64,000 nucleotides of DNA from Polyangia bacterium (lineage in GTDB: Bacteria; Myxococcota_A; Polyangia; Palsa-1104; SHYY01), in NCBI GenBank assembly GCA_036263495.1, contig DATAGU010000330.1, forward strand, positions 16,637 through 80,636, given 5' to 3'. The notes under the pieces are model-generated. The model saw nothing but the letters and a program-made list of their open reading frames with translations. It did not search any database and was not told the DNA's origin. Within the stretch, counting starts at the first letter, position 1, and every line of letters starts with the position of its first letter. Made by a program: the position numbers and the translations under genes. Positions 32,954-43,798 of the stretch are shown in pieces.

Positions 32954-34204
32954 TCAGCTGTGCTTGCGGACCCGCTTGAGCACGGCGAGCGCCAGGACGG
33001 ACGCGATGAGGTTGAAGAGGCTCGCGGCAAAGAACACCGCGGTCCAGCTGCCGGTCATCTGGTGGATCTGGCTCGCCACGGGCACGAGCAGCGCGGCGGT
33101 GCCCTTGGCGGTGTAGAGCAGGCCGGCGTTGGTCGTGGCGTAGCGCGTGCCGAAGAGGTCGGCACACACGGCCGGGAACAGGCTGTAGATCTCGCCCCAG
33201 GCAAAGAACACCGTGCCCGAGAGGACGACGAACAGCTTGGGATCGTGGGCGTAGCGGAGGAGGAGGAGGATGCCGATGGCCTCGAGCGCGAAGGCCCCGG
33301 CCATGACGTTGGCGCGCCCCAGGTAATCCGAGATCCAGCCGAAGAAGGGTCGGGTGAGGCCGTTGGCCACGCGATCGAGTGATAAGGCGAAGGGGAGGGC
33401 GGGCAGGGTCAGGCCGAGCAGGTGGACGGGCAGGTCCGCGACGTGGAAGTCGTGCGCGATGAGGGCGAGCTGCGCTGTGGCCATGAGGCCGCCGGTCGCG
33501 ACCAGGACGAACATGGTGTAGAGGAGCCAGAAGGCCGGCGTGCGCAGCACTTCGGTGGGCGGGAGATCGTCTTTTTCGGGCGCCGCCGCGGCCGCCGCTT
33601 CTTCGGGCGTGCCGACTTCGGTCTTCAGGGTGTGCCGGTGGGGCGGCGGGCGCAGGACGAGCGCGAGCGCCATCACGGCCAGGCCCTGCACCAGGCCGAA
33701 GTCGCGGAACGCGGTCTCGTAGCCCCGGGTGCGGATGAGGTAGGCGATGGGCAGGACCGTGAGGGCCGAGCCCGCGCCGAAGCCGGCCGCGGTGAGGCCG
33801 GCGGCGAGGCCGCGCCGATCGGGGAACCACTTGAGGGCGTTGCCGACGGCGGCGCCGTACACGATGCCAGCGCCGAGGCCGCCGATGCACGCCGCCATGT
33901 AGACGACGCCGAGGGACACGGCGATGGAGTCGAGGTACCAGGCGAGCCCGACCAGGAAGCCTCCGGCCATGACCATGAGGCGGGGGCCGAAGTGGTCGAT
34001 GAGGTAGGCTTCGAGGGGGACGAGCCAGGTCTCGGTCACGACGAAGATCGAGAACGCGAGCTGGATGGCGGCCGGCCCCCAGTGGTGTTTGCTGCCCATG
34101 GGGCCGACGAACAGGGTCCATCCGTATTGCAGGTTCGCGATGAGCGACATGCACAGGATGCCGGCCAGGAGCTGCAGGGCGCGCGAGGGGCGGGGGGCGC
34201 TCAT
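32954..34204 (-). CDS. MFS transporter, oxalate/formate antiporter (OFA)-like
   Basis: I trimmed the track ORF to the ATG at 34204 (MSAPRPSRALQLLAGILCMSLIANLQYGWTLF). About 12 hydrophobic helices with a central loop. Confidence 0.8.
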   Translation of the reverse strand: MSAPRPSRALQLLAGILCMSLIANLQYGWTLFVGPMGSKHHWGPAAIQLAFSIFVVTETWLVPLEAYLIDHFGPRLMVMAGGFLVGLAWYLDSIAVSLGVVYMAACIGGLGAGIVYGAAVGNALKWFPDRRGLAAGLTAAGFGAGSALTVLPIAYLIRTRGYETAFRDFGLVQGLAVMALALVLRPPPHRHTLKTEVGTPEEAAAAAAPEKDDLPPTEVLRTPAFWLLYTMFVLVATGGLMATAQLALIAHDFHVADLPVHLLGLTLPALPFALSLDRVANGLTRPFFGWISDYLGRANVMAGAFALEAIGILLLLRYAHDPKLFVVLSGTVFFAWGEIYSLFPAVCADLFGTRYATTNAGLLYTAKGTAALLVPVASQIHQMTGSWTAVFFAASLFNLIASVLALAVLKRVRKHS

Positions 34205-34390
34205 GCCGCGAGGGGACGACTGGGGGAGGGGGCGCGACGGGAGCCGCGCGCGACGCGGCGATGGCTTGGTTTCATGCGGTCTCGTCGGACTGGCGTGCGA
34301 GCGCAGGTCCAGTGCGGCGATTCTAGCGCGTGATGATGCCCGGGGGTACAGGGATGGGGCGCTGTTTTCGCCCACGCTCCCGCTTACGTT

Positions 34391-35482
34391 TTACGGGGCC
34401 GCTTCCTCCACGAAGACGCTGGCGGTGCGCACCTCCACGAGCACGCGGTCGCCTGCTTGCACGACCAGCGTCTCCAGCTCCGCGGGGCCGAGCTGCACCG
34501 TGAGGGTGTCGCCGGAGGCGAGGCGCAGGTCGGCGCGGACCCAGCCGCCGACCCGGATGAGACGCATGATGTGCGCCTCGACGGCCTGCTCGCAGGGGCG
34601 GCTGCTATTTTGGCCATCGCTGACATGGGGGGCCCAGAGTCGCACGTCGTGGGGACGGACGAAGGCCCGCACGGCGGCGCCCTCGGCGACGCCGCTCGGG
34701 GCCCGCACGGGGAGCGCGGCTTCGCCGAGACGTGCGTAGCCGCGCTCGACGCGGCCCCGCAGGACGCTCCCGCCGCCGACGAAGGAGGCGACGAAGGGGG
34801 TGGCGGGGTGGTCGTAGATGGCCGCGGGGCTGCCGCTCTGCTCGACGCGGCCCTCGCGCATGAGCACGACGTGCTGCGCGAGCTCGAGCGCCTCCTCTTG
34901 ATCATGGGTGACGAGCAGCGTGGTCACGCGCGTCTCTTCGTGCAGGCGCTGCAGCCACTCGCGCAGCTCGGCCCGCACCCGCGCGTCGAGGGCGCCGAAG
35001 GGCTCGTCGAGGAGGAGGAGGCGCGGCCAGGGGGCGAGCGCGCGCGCGAAGGCCACGCGCTGCTGCTGCCCGCCGGAGAGCTGCGCGGGGTAGCGGTCGC
35101 GGAGATCGGTGAGCTGGACGAGATCGAGGAGCTCGTCGACCCGGGCGGCGAGCTCGCGCCGCGAGGTGCGGCGCACGGCGAGGCCGAAGGCGATGTTGTC
35201 GGCCACCGACAGGTGGTGGAACAGGGCGTAGCCCTGGAACACGAAGCCGACGCCGCGCTCGCGCGCCGGCACCCGGGTGCAGTCGTCGTCGTCGATGACG
35301 ATGGTGCCGCCGTCGGGCACTTCGAGGCCGGCGAGCATGCGCAGGACGGTGGTCTTGCCCGAGCCCGAGGGCCCGAGGAGCGCGGTGAGGGCGCCGTCGG
35401 GGGCGGTGAAGGAGACGTCGTGGACCGCGGGCAGACCGCCGAGAGTGAAACGCTTGGTGAGGTGCAGGGCCTGGATGCTCAT
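34391..35482 (-). CDS. cysA: sulfate/thiosulfate ABC transporter ATP-binding protein
   Basis: I extracted this from the chimeric track ORF 34391..37132. ATG at 35482 overlaps the cysTW stop (ATGA). Walker [10 protein letters not shown], signature [15 protein letters not shown], Walker [16 protein letters not shown]-like C-terminus. Confidence 0.9.
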   Translation of the reverse strand: MSIQALHLTKRFTLGGLPAVHDVSFTAPDGALTALLGPSGSGKTTVLRMLAGLEVPDGGTIVIDDDDCTRVPARERGVGFVFQGYALFHHLSVADNIAFGLAVRRTSRRELAARVDELLDLVQLTDLRDRYPAQLSGGQQQRVAFARALAPWPRLLLLDEPFGALDARVRAELREWLQRLHEETRVTTLLVTHDQEEALELAQHVVLMREGRVEQSGSPAAIYDHPATPFVASFVGGGSVLRGRVERGYARLGEAALPVRAPSGVAEGAAVRAFVRPHDVRLWAPHVSDGQNSSRPCEQAVEAHIMRLIRVGGWVRADLRLASGDTLTVQLGPAELETLVVQAGDRVLVEVRTASVFVEEAAP

Positions 35483-37350
35483 GACGGTCTCCCAGGTCGG
35501 CCAGGTCGAGGGGGTCGGGGGGATCGGGCGGCGGTGGTGCGCGCCTCGAGGAGCCGGCGCGCGGCCAGGGTGCCGAGGGCGAGCAGGGCGAGGAGCGAGG
35601 CCACGGCGAAGGCGCCGACGAAGTTGTACTCGTTGTAGAGGATCTCGATCTGGAGGGGCATGGTGTTGGTCTCGCCGCGGATGTGGCCGGAGACCACGGA
35701 GACGGCGCCGAACTCCCCCATCGCCCGCGCGTTGCAGAGGATGATGCCGTAGACGAGGCCCCAGCGGATCTTGGGCAGGGTGACGCGCCACCACACCTGG
35801 GGGCCGGCGGCGCCGAGGGTGAGGGCGGCTTCTTCTTCGTCGCTGCCCTGGCTCTCCATGAGGGGCAGGACCTCGCGCGCGACGAAGGGCAGGGTGACGA
35901 AGGTGGTGGCGAGGACGATGCCGGGGACGGCGAAGAGGATGCGGACGTCGTGCGCGGCGAGGAGGTCGCCAAAGAGGCCCTGGGCGCCGAAGAGGAGCAC
36001 GAAGACGAGGCCGGAGATGACGGGGGAGACGCTGAAGGGCAGGTCGATGAGGGTGACGAGGAGGTTGCGGCCGGGGAAGCGGTACTTGGCGAGGAGCCAG
36101 GCGGCGCACAGGCCGAAGACGACGTTGAGCGGGACGGCGATGCCGGCGGTGAGCAGGGTGAGGCGGATGGCCGAGAGGGTCTCGGGGTGGGTGAGGGCCG
36201 CGAGGTAGGCGCCCGGGCCCTTGGCGAACGCCTGGGCGAACACGGTGGTGAGCGGCAGGACGACGAAGCCGCCGAGGAGGGCGAGGGCCAGGGTGATGAG
36301 GAGCCACCGGATGGGTCGCGGCTCGCTCGCGGCGGTGCGCTTCGGGCCCAGGCTGCGGATGGCGGTCGGGCTGTGCGGGCTGTTCGGATGGGCGGCGATG
36401 CCGTCTGGCCATGGGCGGTGCGCTCCGCCGGACGAGCGGCCGGGGGCGGCGCCGGCGCGGCGGGTCCAGGCCTGGAGGAGGTTGATGCCGAGGAGCAAGG
36501 TGAAGGAGAGGGCCAGCATGCCCACGGCCAGGGCGGTGGCGCCGCCGTAGTCGTACTGCTCGAGCTTGGTGACGATGAGGAGCGGGACGATCTCGGTCTT
36601 CATGGGCATGTTGCCGGAGATGAAGACGATGGAGCCGTACTCGCCGAGCGCGCGGGCGAGGGCGAGGGCGAAGCCGGTGAGGAGCGGGGGCACGAGCGTG
36701 GGCAGGAGTACGCGCGTGAAGGTCTGCCAGCGGCTCGCGCCGAGGACGGCGGCGGCCTCTTCGACGGCGGGGTCGAGCTCGAGGAGGACCGGCTGCACGG
36801 TGCGCACGACGAAGGGCAGGCCGACGAAGGCGAGGGCCAGGACCACGCCGGGGCGGGCAAAGGCGATCTGGATGTCGTGGGCGGCGAACCAGCGGCCGAT
36901 CCAGCCCTTGGGGGCGTAGAGGGTGGTGAGGGCGATGCCGGCCACGGCGGTGGGCAGGGCGAAGGGGAGGTCGACGAGGGCGTCGACGAGGCCGCGGCCG
37001 GGGAAGCGGTAGCGCGCGAGGACCCAGGCGACGAGGAGGCCGACGAACACGCAGAGGAGGGCGCCGGCGAGCGAGGCGCCGAGGCTGAGCTGGTAGGCGG
37101 CGAGGGCGCGCGGGCTGGTGACGGTGGCCCACAGGGCGCCGAGGCCGAGGCGGCCGGCGCGCACGATGAGGGCGCCGAGGGGCACGAGCACGAGCAGGCC
37201 GAGGTAGACGAGGGTCCAGGTGAGCGTGCCGCGGAAGCCGGGCAGGACGCCGCGCCGGTTGAGACGGGGCGCGCGCGGCCGGTCGACTCGTGGGGGCGCG
37301 ACTGCCGAGACGGACGGGAGGGACGTGGGGGGAGAGAGGACTTCGGCCAC
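35479..37350 (-). CDS. sulfate ABC transporter permease, in-frame CysT-CysW fusion
   Basis: A single frame with no stop carries two complete BPD-type permease halves (EAA loops [19 protein letters not shown] and [18 protein letters not shown]), joined by a ~55-aa Pro/Gly/Ser linker. GTG at 37350 lies 1 nt after the sbp stop. Confidence 0.75.
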   Translation of the reverse strand: MAEVLSPPTSLPSVSAVAPPRVDRPRAPRLNRRGVLPGFRGTLTWTLVYLGLLVLVPLGALIVRAGRLGLGALWATVTSPRALAAYQLSLGASLAGALLCVFVGLLVAWVLARYRFPGRGLVDALVDLPFALPTAVAGIALTTLYAPKGWIGRWFAAHDIQIAFARPGVVLALAFVGLPFVVRTVQPVLLELDPAVEEAAAVLGASRWQTFTRVLLPTLVPPLLTGFALALARALGEYGSIVFISGNMPMKTEIVPLLIVTKLEQYDYGGATALAVGMLALSFTLLLGINLLQAWTRRAGAAPGRSSGGAHRPWPDGIAAHPNSPHSPTAIRSLGPKRTAASEPRPIRWLLITLALALLGGFVVLPLTTVFAQAFAKGPGAYLAALTHPETLSAIRLTLLTAGIAVPLNVVFGLCAAWLLAKYRFPGRNLLVTLIDLPFSVSPVISGLVFVLLFGAQGLFGDLLAAHDVRILFAVPGIVLATTFVTLPFVAREVLPLMESQGSDEEEAALTLGAAGPQVWWRVTLPKIRWGLVYGIILCNARAMGEFGAVSVVSGHIRGETNTMPLQIEILYNEYNFVGAFAVASLLALLALGTLAARRLLEARTTAARSPRPPRPGRPGRPS

Positions 37351-37351
37351 G

Positions 37352-38416
37352 TCAGTGTCCCGGCTGGTAGATCTGGTCGAAGGTGCCGCCGTCGTCAAAA
37401 TGGGTCTTCTGCGCCTTTTGCCAGCCGCCGAAGGCGTTATCGATGGTGAGGAGCTCGAGGCGCGGGAAGGTGCGCTCGTACTTCTTGGCCACGGCGTCAA
37501 GGCGGGGGCGGAAGTGGTGCCGGGCCACGATCTCCTGGGCCTCGGGGGTGTAGAGGAACTGGAGGTAGGCCTCGGCGGCCTGTCGGGTGCCGTGCTTGTC
37601 GACGTAGCGATCGACCACGGTGACGGGCGGCTCGGCGAGGATGCTCACGGAGGGGACGATGATCTCGAAACGGTCATTCTTGCTGCCACGCTCCGCGCCG
37701 AGCTCCTGGGTGAGGAGGAAGGCCTCGTTTTCCCAGGCGATGAGGACGTCGCCGAGGCCGCGCTGGCCAAAGGTGGTGGTGGCGCCGCGCGCGCCCGAGT
37801 CGAGCACGGGGACGTTCTTGTAGAGCCGGGCGACGAAGTCGCGGGCCTTCTGGTCATCGCCGAGGCGGCGGCGCGCGTAGCCCCAGGCGGCGAGGTAGTT
37901 CCAGCGGGCGCCGCCCGAGGTCTTGGGGTTGGGGGTGATGACGCTCACGCCGGGGCGGACGAGGTCGTCCCAGTCCTTGATGGCCTTGGGGTTGCCCTTG
38001 CGCACGACGAAGACGATGGTCGAGGTGTAGGGCGCGCTGTTGCTCGGCAAGCGCTTCTGCCAGTCGGGCGGGATGAGCTTGGCCTTGTCGGCGATGGCAT
38101 CGATGTCGTAGGCGAGGGCGAGGGTGGCCACGTCGGCCTGGAGGCCGTCGATGATGGCGCGCGCCTGCTTGCCCGAGCCGCCGTGGGATTGGGAGATGGT
38201 GACCTTCTGGCCGGTGCGCGCCTGCCAGGTGCGGGCGAAGGCGGTGTTGAGGTCCTGGTAGAGCTCGCGCGTGGGGTCGTAGGAGACGTTGAGCAGTTTG
38301 ACTTCATTCTCGGCGGCCTGGGCGCTCTGGGAAGGCGGCGCGAAGGTGAGCGAGGCCAGCCCGAGGAGCGAGGCCAGCAAGAGGGGGACACGGCAGCGGG
38401 TGTGCGATCTCGACAT
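37352..38416 (-). CDS. sulfate/thiosulfate-binding periplasmic protein
   Basis: Signal peptide [26 protein letters not shown]. Motifs [43 protein letters not shown] and [20 protein letters not shown]. Confidence 0.85.
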   Translation of the reverse strand: MSRSHTRCRVPLLLASLLGLASLTFAPPSQSAQAAENEVKLLNVSYDPTRELYQDLNTAFARTWQARTGQKVTISQSHGGSGKQARAIIDGLQADVATLALAYDIDAIADKAKLIPPDWQKRLPSNSAPYTSTIVFVVRKGNPKAIKDWDDLVRPGVSVITPNPKTSGGARWNYLAAWGYARRRLGDDQKARDFVARLYKNVPVLDSGARGATTTFGQRGLGDVLIAWENEAFLLTQELGAERGSKNDRFEIIVPSVSILAEPPVTVVDRYVDKHGTRQAAEAYLQFLYTPEAQEIVARHHFRPRLDAVAKKYERTFPRLELLTIDNAFGGWQKAQKTHFDDGGTFDQIYQPGH

Positions 38417-38503
38417 GCAAAGTCTCCTTCGATGCAGCTTGCACATGTGGTTCCGTCGGCGTGGGGGACTGGTCATGGTTGAGGCGCGGCGCGCGGCGCG
38501 CGG

Positions 38504-40006
38504 TCAGATCGACACGTCGAGCTGGAAACGCAGCTGGTGTCCGCGGGCGGTGGTGGTGGTGCCGAAGAGGTAGAAGTAGTCGGCCTGCAGCTTGAAGAGG
38601 TGGCCGTTGAGGTAGAGGTTGAGGCCGCCGCCGGCTTGCCGGTTCTGGTCCTTGCCGGTCTGGATGAGCGTGGGGTCGGTGTTGCCGATGGGGATGAGGT
38701 GCTCCCAGCGGCCCACCACTTCCACCTGGCGGTGGACCATGGCGCTCGCCTGGATCACGTAGCCCCACGCCGAACGCGACCATTCCCGCACCGTCTTGCC
38801 GTCCTTGGTGGCCTCGCGGAAGGGCTGCCATGCCTGGCGGTAGAGCACTTCGCCGGCGAGGTAGACGCCGGCGCACTTGAAGATGAGATCGGCGGCGGCG
38901 TGGGCGTAGTCGAAGGTGCCGAGGGTGTAGGTGTTGCCGGTGGTGCCGCGCTGGCGATTGGTGGCCTGGTTGTAGGCGCCGGCGAGGCCGATGGCCAGGC
39001 GGGGGCGGCGCAGGCGTTCGAGGTCGCCTTCGATGTCGTCGTCGAAGGCGCCGAAGGGGCGTATGGCGATGCGTCCCACATACAAGCCGCCGGGCACGGC
39101 GCCGCCGAAGCGGTTGCGGCCCTCGCCGCCAAAGACGCCGAGGTGGTAGGAGAGGACGCCGTGGGAGCCGAAGAGATCCTGTGAGGAGAAGGCGATGCCC
39201 ACGTCGCGGTCGAGGCTGAGCTCGCGGATGACGGCGGGCCGGTCGACGAGCTGCAGGGCGAATTCGCGGATGGTGCGCAGCCGGTCGAAGGGGACGAAGA
39301 ACTGGCCGGCCTTGATCTGGAGGTCGCGCAGGCGGGTGTACTCGATGAAGGCGTCGAACAGGGGGGTGGACGAGCCGGTCTCGAAGTCGCCGAAGCCAAA
39401 GGCGAGCTGGATGCCGTACTTGATGTCGGGGTTGAGGAGGTTGCCGGTCAGCCACAGGCGGATGGTCTTGAAGCCGATCTCGTTGGTGGTCTTGTCGTTC
39501 TGGCGGAGGATGGTGTCGCGGAGCTGGGTGCGGAAGCGCAGGTTGAAGGAGAAGCGTCCGTCGGGGAGCGCGAGGCCGATGCCCTTGCCGGGGGCGAGCG
39601 TGAAGACGGGGAGGAGCTTGGGTTTGGCCGCGGTCTTGTCGGGGGCCGCGCCCTGCCTGGGGCCTTGCTCGGCGCCCGGCTTCTGATCCGGCTTCTGCTC
39701 GGCCTTTTGCTCGGTCTTTTGGGCGGCCTTTGGATCGGATGGAGCGGGGCGCTGCTCGCTGCGCTGGCGCTGATCGAGCTCCTGGAGGCGCTGCTCGAGG
39801 ATGCGGATGCGCTCTTCGAGCGCGGCGGTGGAAGAGGGCTCGGGTGCTGGGGTAGCGGGCGGCGCAGCGGAGCCGGCGGGGGGCGGCTCCTGGGCATGGA
39901 CGGACTTGACGAGACCTCCCCCGGACAAGTTCCAAGGCAAAGACCACAGGCTTGCATAGATAACGAGCGAGCGAGCGAACATAGAAGAGCGGTAAGGACC
40001 GCGCAT
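38504..40006 (-). CDS. outer-membrane porin (phosphate-selective porin O/P-like) heading the sulfate operon
   Basis: Signal peptide ending VHA-QE. Coiled coil LEERIRILEQRLQELDQRQ. After that, alternating beta-strand-like sequence continues to the C-terminus. The start could also be 39982. Family call is from memory of the pattern. Confidence 0.6.
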   Translation of the reverse strand: MRGPYRSSMFARSLVIYASLWSLPWNLSGGGLVKSVHAQEPPPAGSAAPPATPAPEPSSTAALEERIRILEQRLQELDQRQRSEQRPAPSDPKAAQKTEQKAEQKPDQKPGAEQGPRQGAAPDKTAAKPKLLPVFTLAPGKGIGLALPDGRFSFNLRFRTQLRDTILRQNDKTTNEIGFKTIRLWLTGNLLNPDIKYGIQLAFGFGDFETGSSTPLFDAFIEYTRLRDLQIKAGQFFVPFDRLRTIREFALQLVDRPAVIRELSLDRDVGIAFSSQDLFGSHGVLSYHLGVFGGEGRNRFGGAVPGGLYVGRIAIRPFGAFDDDIEGDLERLRRPRLAIGLAGAYNQATNRQRGTTGNTYTLGTFDYAHAAADLIFKCAGVYLAGEVLYRQAWQPFREATKDGKTVREWSRSAWGYVIQASAMVHRQVEVVGRWEHLIPIGNTDPTLIQTGKDQNRQAGGGLNLYLNGHLFKLQADYFYLFGTTTTARGHQLRFQLDVSI

Positions 40007-40344
40007 ACGTATCCCCTTTGCGCAGCGGTCGGTGGCCGATGCCTGGGGCATCTGGCAGAAGGCCGGCGGCTGCGCGCGTCAGTGGCGGACGAGACCCCTG
40101 GGAGCTGGCTCGCGGGGGCGGCTCCGTTTCGTCGATCGCCGGTGCTACGTGACGGGGGGAGAGAGGGAAGGGCTGCGAGGGCCTCGCTCTACCGGCACGC
40201 CACCGGCAGGATACAGGTGCAACAGGTGCACCCGATCGCCAGGACGTGAGGAGCGAAGCAGATAGGCATCGCGGACACGATGAATGAAAAGGATTCGGCG
40301 CGTCAAGGATTAAGGAAGCGGACGCGAGGGCACTGGGCGGTGGC

Positions 40345-42114
40345 TCATTCAGCGTGGAGTTGCGGCGCCGCTGGGGCCTGGTGCTGCAGGGGCTCGAGGT
40401 ACGAGGCGCGCACGCGCCGGGTGCGCGCGCGCACGAAGTCCACGGTCACGGTCTGCCCCTCGACGGCCACCACCTGGCCGTCGCCGAAGCGGCGGTGATG
40501 GACCATCTGCCCGGGCTGCGGTGGTGGCGGTCCCTGACGCCGTGGCCTCGCGGGACGGCTGCCCACGGGCGTGTCGCGGCGCGGTCTGGGGGGACGCGGC
40601 GGGGACGCCGCGAGCGCGGGTGGGTGGAGGCAGTTGTCGCAGTGGTCGCAGTCCTCGCTGGTCTCCTCGCCGAAGTATTGCCGCAGGTAGCGCAGCCGGC
40701 ACATGGTGGTCTCGGCGTAGCGCATGATGCTCTCGAGCCGTTCGCGGTCGCCGCGGTGGCGCGCCTCGTAGGCGCCGAGGAACTGCTCGAACTCGGCCGG
40801 GTCCTTGAAATCGCGCACGAGGGAGAGCCGCCCGTGCCGCCGCTCGACGATGCCGGCGGCGATGAGCTGGGCCACGATGACCTGGGCGCGGCGGGCGCCG
40901 AGGTCGGCGATCTCGGCGAGCTCGGCCAGGGCCACGCCGCCCTTGCGGCCGGGCTGCTCGGACAGCTCTTGCAGCGCCTCGTAGAGCTTGAGCGACTCCT
41001 CTCGCCGGGGGTACTTGCCGCCGAGGAAGTAGGACTGGATGCGGCGATCCTCGAGCTTGTAGAGGAGCACCGAGCGCGCGGGCTGGCCGTCGCGGCCGGC
41101 GCGGCCGGCCTCCTGGTAGTAGCTCTCGGGCGAATCGGGGAACTGGTAGTGGACGACGAAGCGGATGTCGGGCTTGTCGATGCCCATGCCAAAGGCCTTG
41201 GTGGCGACGATGATGCGGTGCTCGCCGCTCATGAAGCGGGCCTGCGTCTCCTCGCGCTCGCGCTGCTTGAGCTTGGCGTGGTAGCGGCCGGCGGTCGGCT
41301 CGATCTCGCGCAGCCACTCCCAGAGCTCGTTGGCCGTGCGCACGGTGGCGGTGTAGATGATGCCCGAGCCGTCCTCGTTGCGGATGAGCTCCTCGAGCCG
41401 GGTGCGCTTGGCCACGCGGTTGACGGTGCGGAACACCTCGAAGAAGAGGTTCGGGCGCTCGATGCCGGTGTTGATGACGAGCGGGTCTTGTAGGCCGAGC
41501 TGCCGGATGATGTCGGCCGTGACCTCGGGCGTGGACGTGGCGGTGAGCGCCAGCACGGGCGGGCGGCCGAGGTGCTGGAGGGCCTCGCCGAGGAACAGGT
41601 AGGCGGGCCGGAAGTCGTGGCCCCACTGCGAGATGCAGTGGGCCTCGTCGACCACGAAGAGCGATACCTGGCGCGCGCGCAGGAGGTCGAGGTACTCGGG
41701 CTGCTGGAGGCGCTCGGGCGTGACGTAGATGAGCTCGTGCTCGCCGTGGCGGATCTCGTGGGTCACGGCGCGCTCGTCCGCGGCGGAGAGCGTGGAGTCG
41801 AGCTTGGCGGCGTCGATGTTGGATTCGGCGAGCTTCTCCTGCTGGTCCTGCATGAGCGCGAGGAGCGGCGAGACGACGACGGTGGCGCCGGAGAGGAAGA
41901 GGGCGGGCAGCTGGTAGCAGAGCGACTTGCCGCCGCCGGTGGGCATGATGCCCACGGCGTCGCGCCCGGTGAGCGCGGCCATCATGAGCTCCGGTTGGCC
42001 GGGGCGGAAGCCGTGCACGTCGAAGCGCTCGCGCGCCTCCTCGCGGAGCGCCTCCCAGGAGACGGGCGAGGGGCGTCTGTCCGGCGCGTTGGCGGGCGAA
42101 GCTTTGGAGGCCAT
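40345..42114 (-). CDS. recQ: RecQ-family ATP-dependent DNA helicase with Pro-rich linker and Tudor/UvrD-C-like tail
   Basis: Motifs MPTGGGKSLCYQLPA, VVDEAHCISQWGHDFRPAY, TATVRTA and QEAGRAGRDG. Zn motif CRLRYLRQYFGE...CDHCDNC. The tail reads HRRFGDGQVVAVEGQTVTVDF. Confidence 0.9.
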   Translation of the reverse strand: MASKASPANAPDRRPSPVSWEALREEARERFDVHGFRPGQPELMMAALTGRDAVGIMPTGGGKSLCYQLPALFLSGATVVVSPLLALMQDQQEKLAESNIDAAKLDSTLSAADERAVTHEIRHGEHELIYVTPERLQQPEYLDLLRARQVSLFVVDEAHCISQWGHDFRPAYLFLGEALQHLGRPPVLALTATSTPEVTADIIRQLGLQDPLVINTGIERPNLFFEVFRTVNRVAKRTRLEELIRNEDGSGIIYTATVRTANELWEWLREIEPTAGRYHAKLKQREREETQARFMSGEHRIIVATKAFGMGIDKPDIRFVVHYQFPDSPESYYQEAGRAGRDGQPARSVLLYKLEDRRIQSYFLGGKYPRREESLKLYEALQELSEQPGRKGGVALAELAEIADLGARRAQVIVAQLIAAGIVERRHGRLSLVRDFKDPAEFEQFLGAYEARHRGDRERLESIMRYAETTMCRLRYLRQYFGEETSEDCDHCDNCLHPPALAASPPRPPRPRRDTPVGSRPARPRRQGPPPPQPGQMVHHRRFGDGQVVAVEGQTVTVDFVRARTRRVRASYLEPLQHQAPAAPQLHAE

Positions 42115-42221
42115 GACCCGGAGGAACGCAACCCCTGTTCCAGATGAAACCCATCAGGCGGTAGGCGGGCGAGGACGCCCGAGCGGAGGAACGCCGATAG
42201 GAGCGGCGGGGTGGTGAGGAC

Positions 42222-43652
42222 TCAGGCGGCGATGACGGGCAGGCGGGCCCGTCCATGGGGCGCGCGGGCGCGCGCTATCACCTCGGTCACGGTGGCGCCG
42301 AGGTCGTAGTCGGCGAAGGAATCGATGCGCGCCCGCACGAGATCACCGGGGCGCAGCGTCTCCACGCCCTCGCCGAGGGCCAGGAAGACCTTGCCATCGA
42401 CGTCGGGGGCCTGACCCGCGTGGCGGCCCTCGAAGAGGTACTCGTTCTCCTCGGAGGCGCCATCGACGAGCACCTCCAGCGTGCTGCCCGCGTCGAGCAG
42501 GGCCTTCATCTTGCGCTTGGAGATGCGGCGCTGCTGGCGCATGAGCTCGCGGCGGCGCGCCTCGGCCACCTTCGCCGGCACCTCGAGCTCATCGAGCGTC
42601 GCGGCGTGGGTGCCCTCCTCCTTGGAGTAGGTGAAGACGCCGACGCGGTCGAACTCGCACTCGGTGACGAAGTCGAGGAGCCGCTGGAACCGCTCGTCGG
42701 TCTCGCCGGGGTGGCCGACGATGAAGGTGGTGCGCAGGGTGACGCCCGGGATGCGGGCGCGCACGCGCTCGACCAGGCGCCGCGCGGTCTTGCCCACGTG
42801 GCCGCGGCGCATGATCTTGAGCATGTCGTCGTCGATGTGCTGGAGCGGCACGTCGATGTACTTGACGATGTGCTCCTCCTCCGCGATGACGTCGAGGAGC
42901 TCGTCGGTGGTGGCGGTGGGGTAGGCGTAATGGAGGCGCAGCCAGCGCGGGCCGCCGGTCTCGCGGGCCACCCGCCCGAGGCGGCGCAGGAGGTGCGCGA
43001 GATCGCTGGGCGAGGCCCCGGGCACGGAGGGCAAGTCGACGCCGTAGTTGGTCAGGTCCTGCGCCACGAGGTTCACCTCGACGGCACCGCTCTCGCCGAG
43101 CGAGCGCACCTCGCGCTCCACGGACTCGGGCGAGCGCGAGCGCTGGGCGCCGCGGAGCTTGGGGATGATGCAGAAGCTGCAGGGACGGTCGCAGCCTTCG
43201 GCGATCTTGACGTAGGCGGTGTGACGGGCGGTCGAGGCGCGGCGGGGCGTGGCGTCGTCGTAGAGCCAGCGCGGCTCGGTGATGCTCACGCCGCTCGCTT
43301 CGCCGCGCACCGCGGCGCCGATGCGCGCCATGTCGGCCGAGCCGAGGAAGACGTCCACCTCGGGCAGCTCGCGTTCGAGGTCGCCGGCATAGCGCTGCGA
43401 GAGGCAGCCGGTCACGACCAGGCGCTGGCAGGAGCCGCCCGTCTTGTAGCGGCCCATCTCGAGGATGGTGTCGACCGACTCCTCCTTGGCCTCGCCGATG
43501 AAACCGCAGGTGTTGACGACGATGACCTCGGCGTCCTCGGGCTCGGCGACGATGCGCAGCCCTTCTTCGGCACAGAGGCCGAGCATCACCTCGGTGTCGA
43601 CGCGGTTCTTGGGGCAGCCGAGCGAGACGAAGTAGACCGACTTGGTGGGCAT
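42222..43652 (-). CDS. rimO: ribosomal protein S12 methylthiotransferase
   Basis: I trimmed to the ATG at 43652 (MPTKSVYFVSLGCPKNRVD). Radical-SAM CDRPCSFC. C-terminal TRAM domain. Confidence 0.9.
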   Translation of the reverse strand: MPTKSVYFVSLGCPKNRVDTEVMLGLCAEEGLRIVAEPEDAEVIVVNTCGFIGEAKEESVDTILEMGRYKTGGSCQRLVVTGCLSQRYAGDLERELPEVDVFLGSADMARIGAAVRGEASGVSITEPRWLYDDATPRRASTARHTAYVKIAEGCDRPCSFCIIPKLRGAQRSRSPESVEREVRSLGESGAVEVNLVAQDLTNYGVDLPSVPGASPSDLAHLLRRLGRVARETGGPRWLRLHYAYPTATTDELLDVIAEEEHIVKYIDVPLQHIDDDMLKIMRRGHVGKTARRLVERVRARIPGVTLRTTFIVGHPGETDERFQRLLDFVTECEFDRVGVFTYSKEEGTHAATLDELEVPAKVAEARRRELMRQQRRISKRKMKALLDAGSTLEVLVDGASEENEYLFEGRHAGQAPDVDGKVFLALGEGVETLRPGDLVRARIDSFADYDLGATVTEVIARARAPHGRARLPVIAA

Positions 43653-43798
43653 GACTGTGGGTTCCGGCGTTCGGGTGGGTGTGGGCGGAGGATGGAAGGC
43701 CAGCGGAGACAAGTCAAGCCGCGCGCCGGCCGGGATCGCCGCCCGCACCGGTTAACACCACCCCCTCCATCCTTATCTTCCCCGGCCGGGAGGTGGAG

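Noticed and set aside
34391-37132. Over-long track ORFs that would imply giant or N-terminally extended proteins: 34391..37132 (913 aa), 27418..29349, 24757..25872, 49416..52331, 46095..48104, 43679..44989, 42222..43748, 32954..34375 and 53991..55076.
   Set aside because: Only the C-terminal portions show family motifs. Internal ATG or GTG starts with Shine-Dalgarno sequences, or with stop/start overlaps to the real upstream gene, explain them. The extensions read through neighbouring genes or repeats in a non-coding frame.
40200-40225. A sigma-54-like element upstream of the porin-sulfate operon. The minus strand reads GGGTGCACCTGTTGCA.
   Set aside because: The -12 TTGCA is perfect and the GG/GC spacing is right, but the -24 box (GGGTGC against TGGCAC) has two mismatches next to the GG. 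It also lies about 200 nt from the start codon. This is too weak to call without a PWM score.
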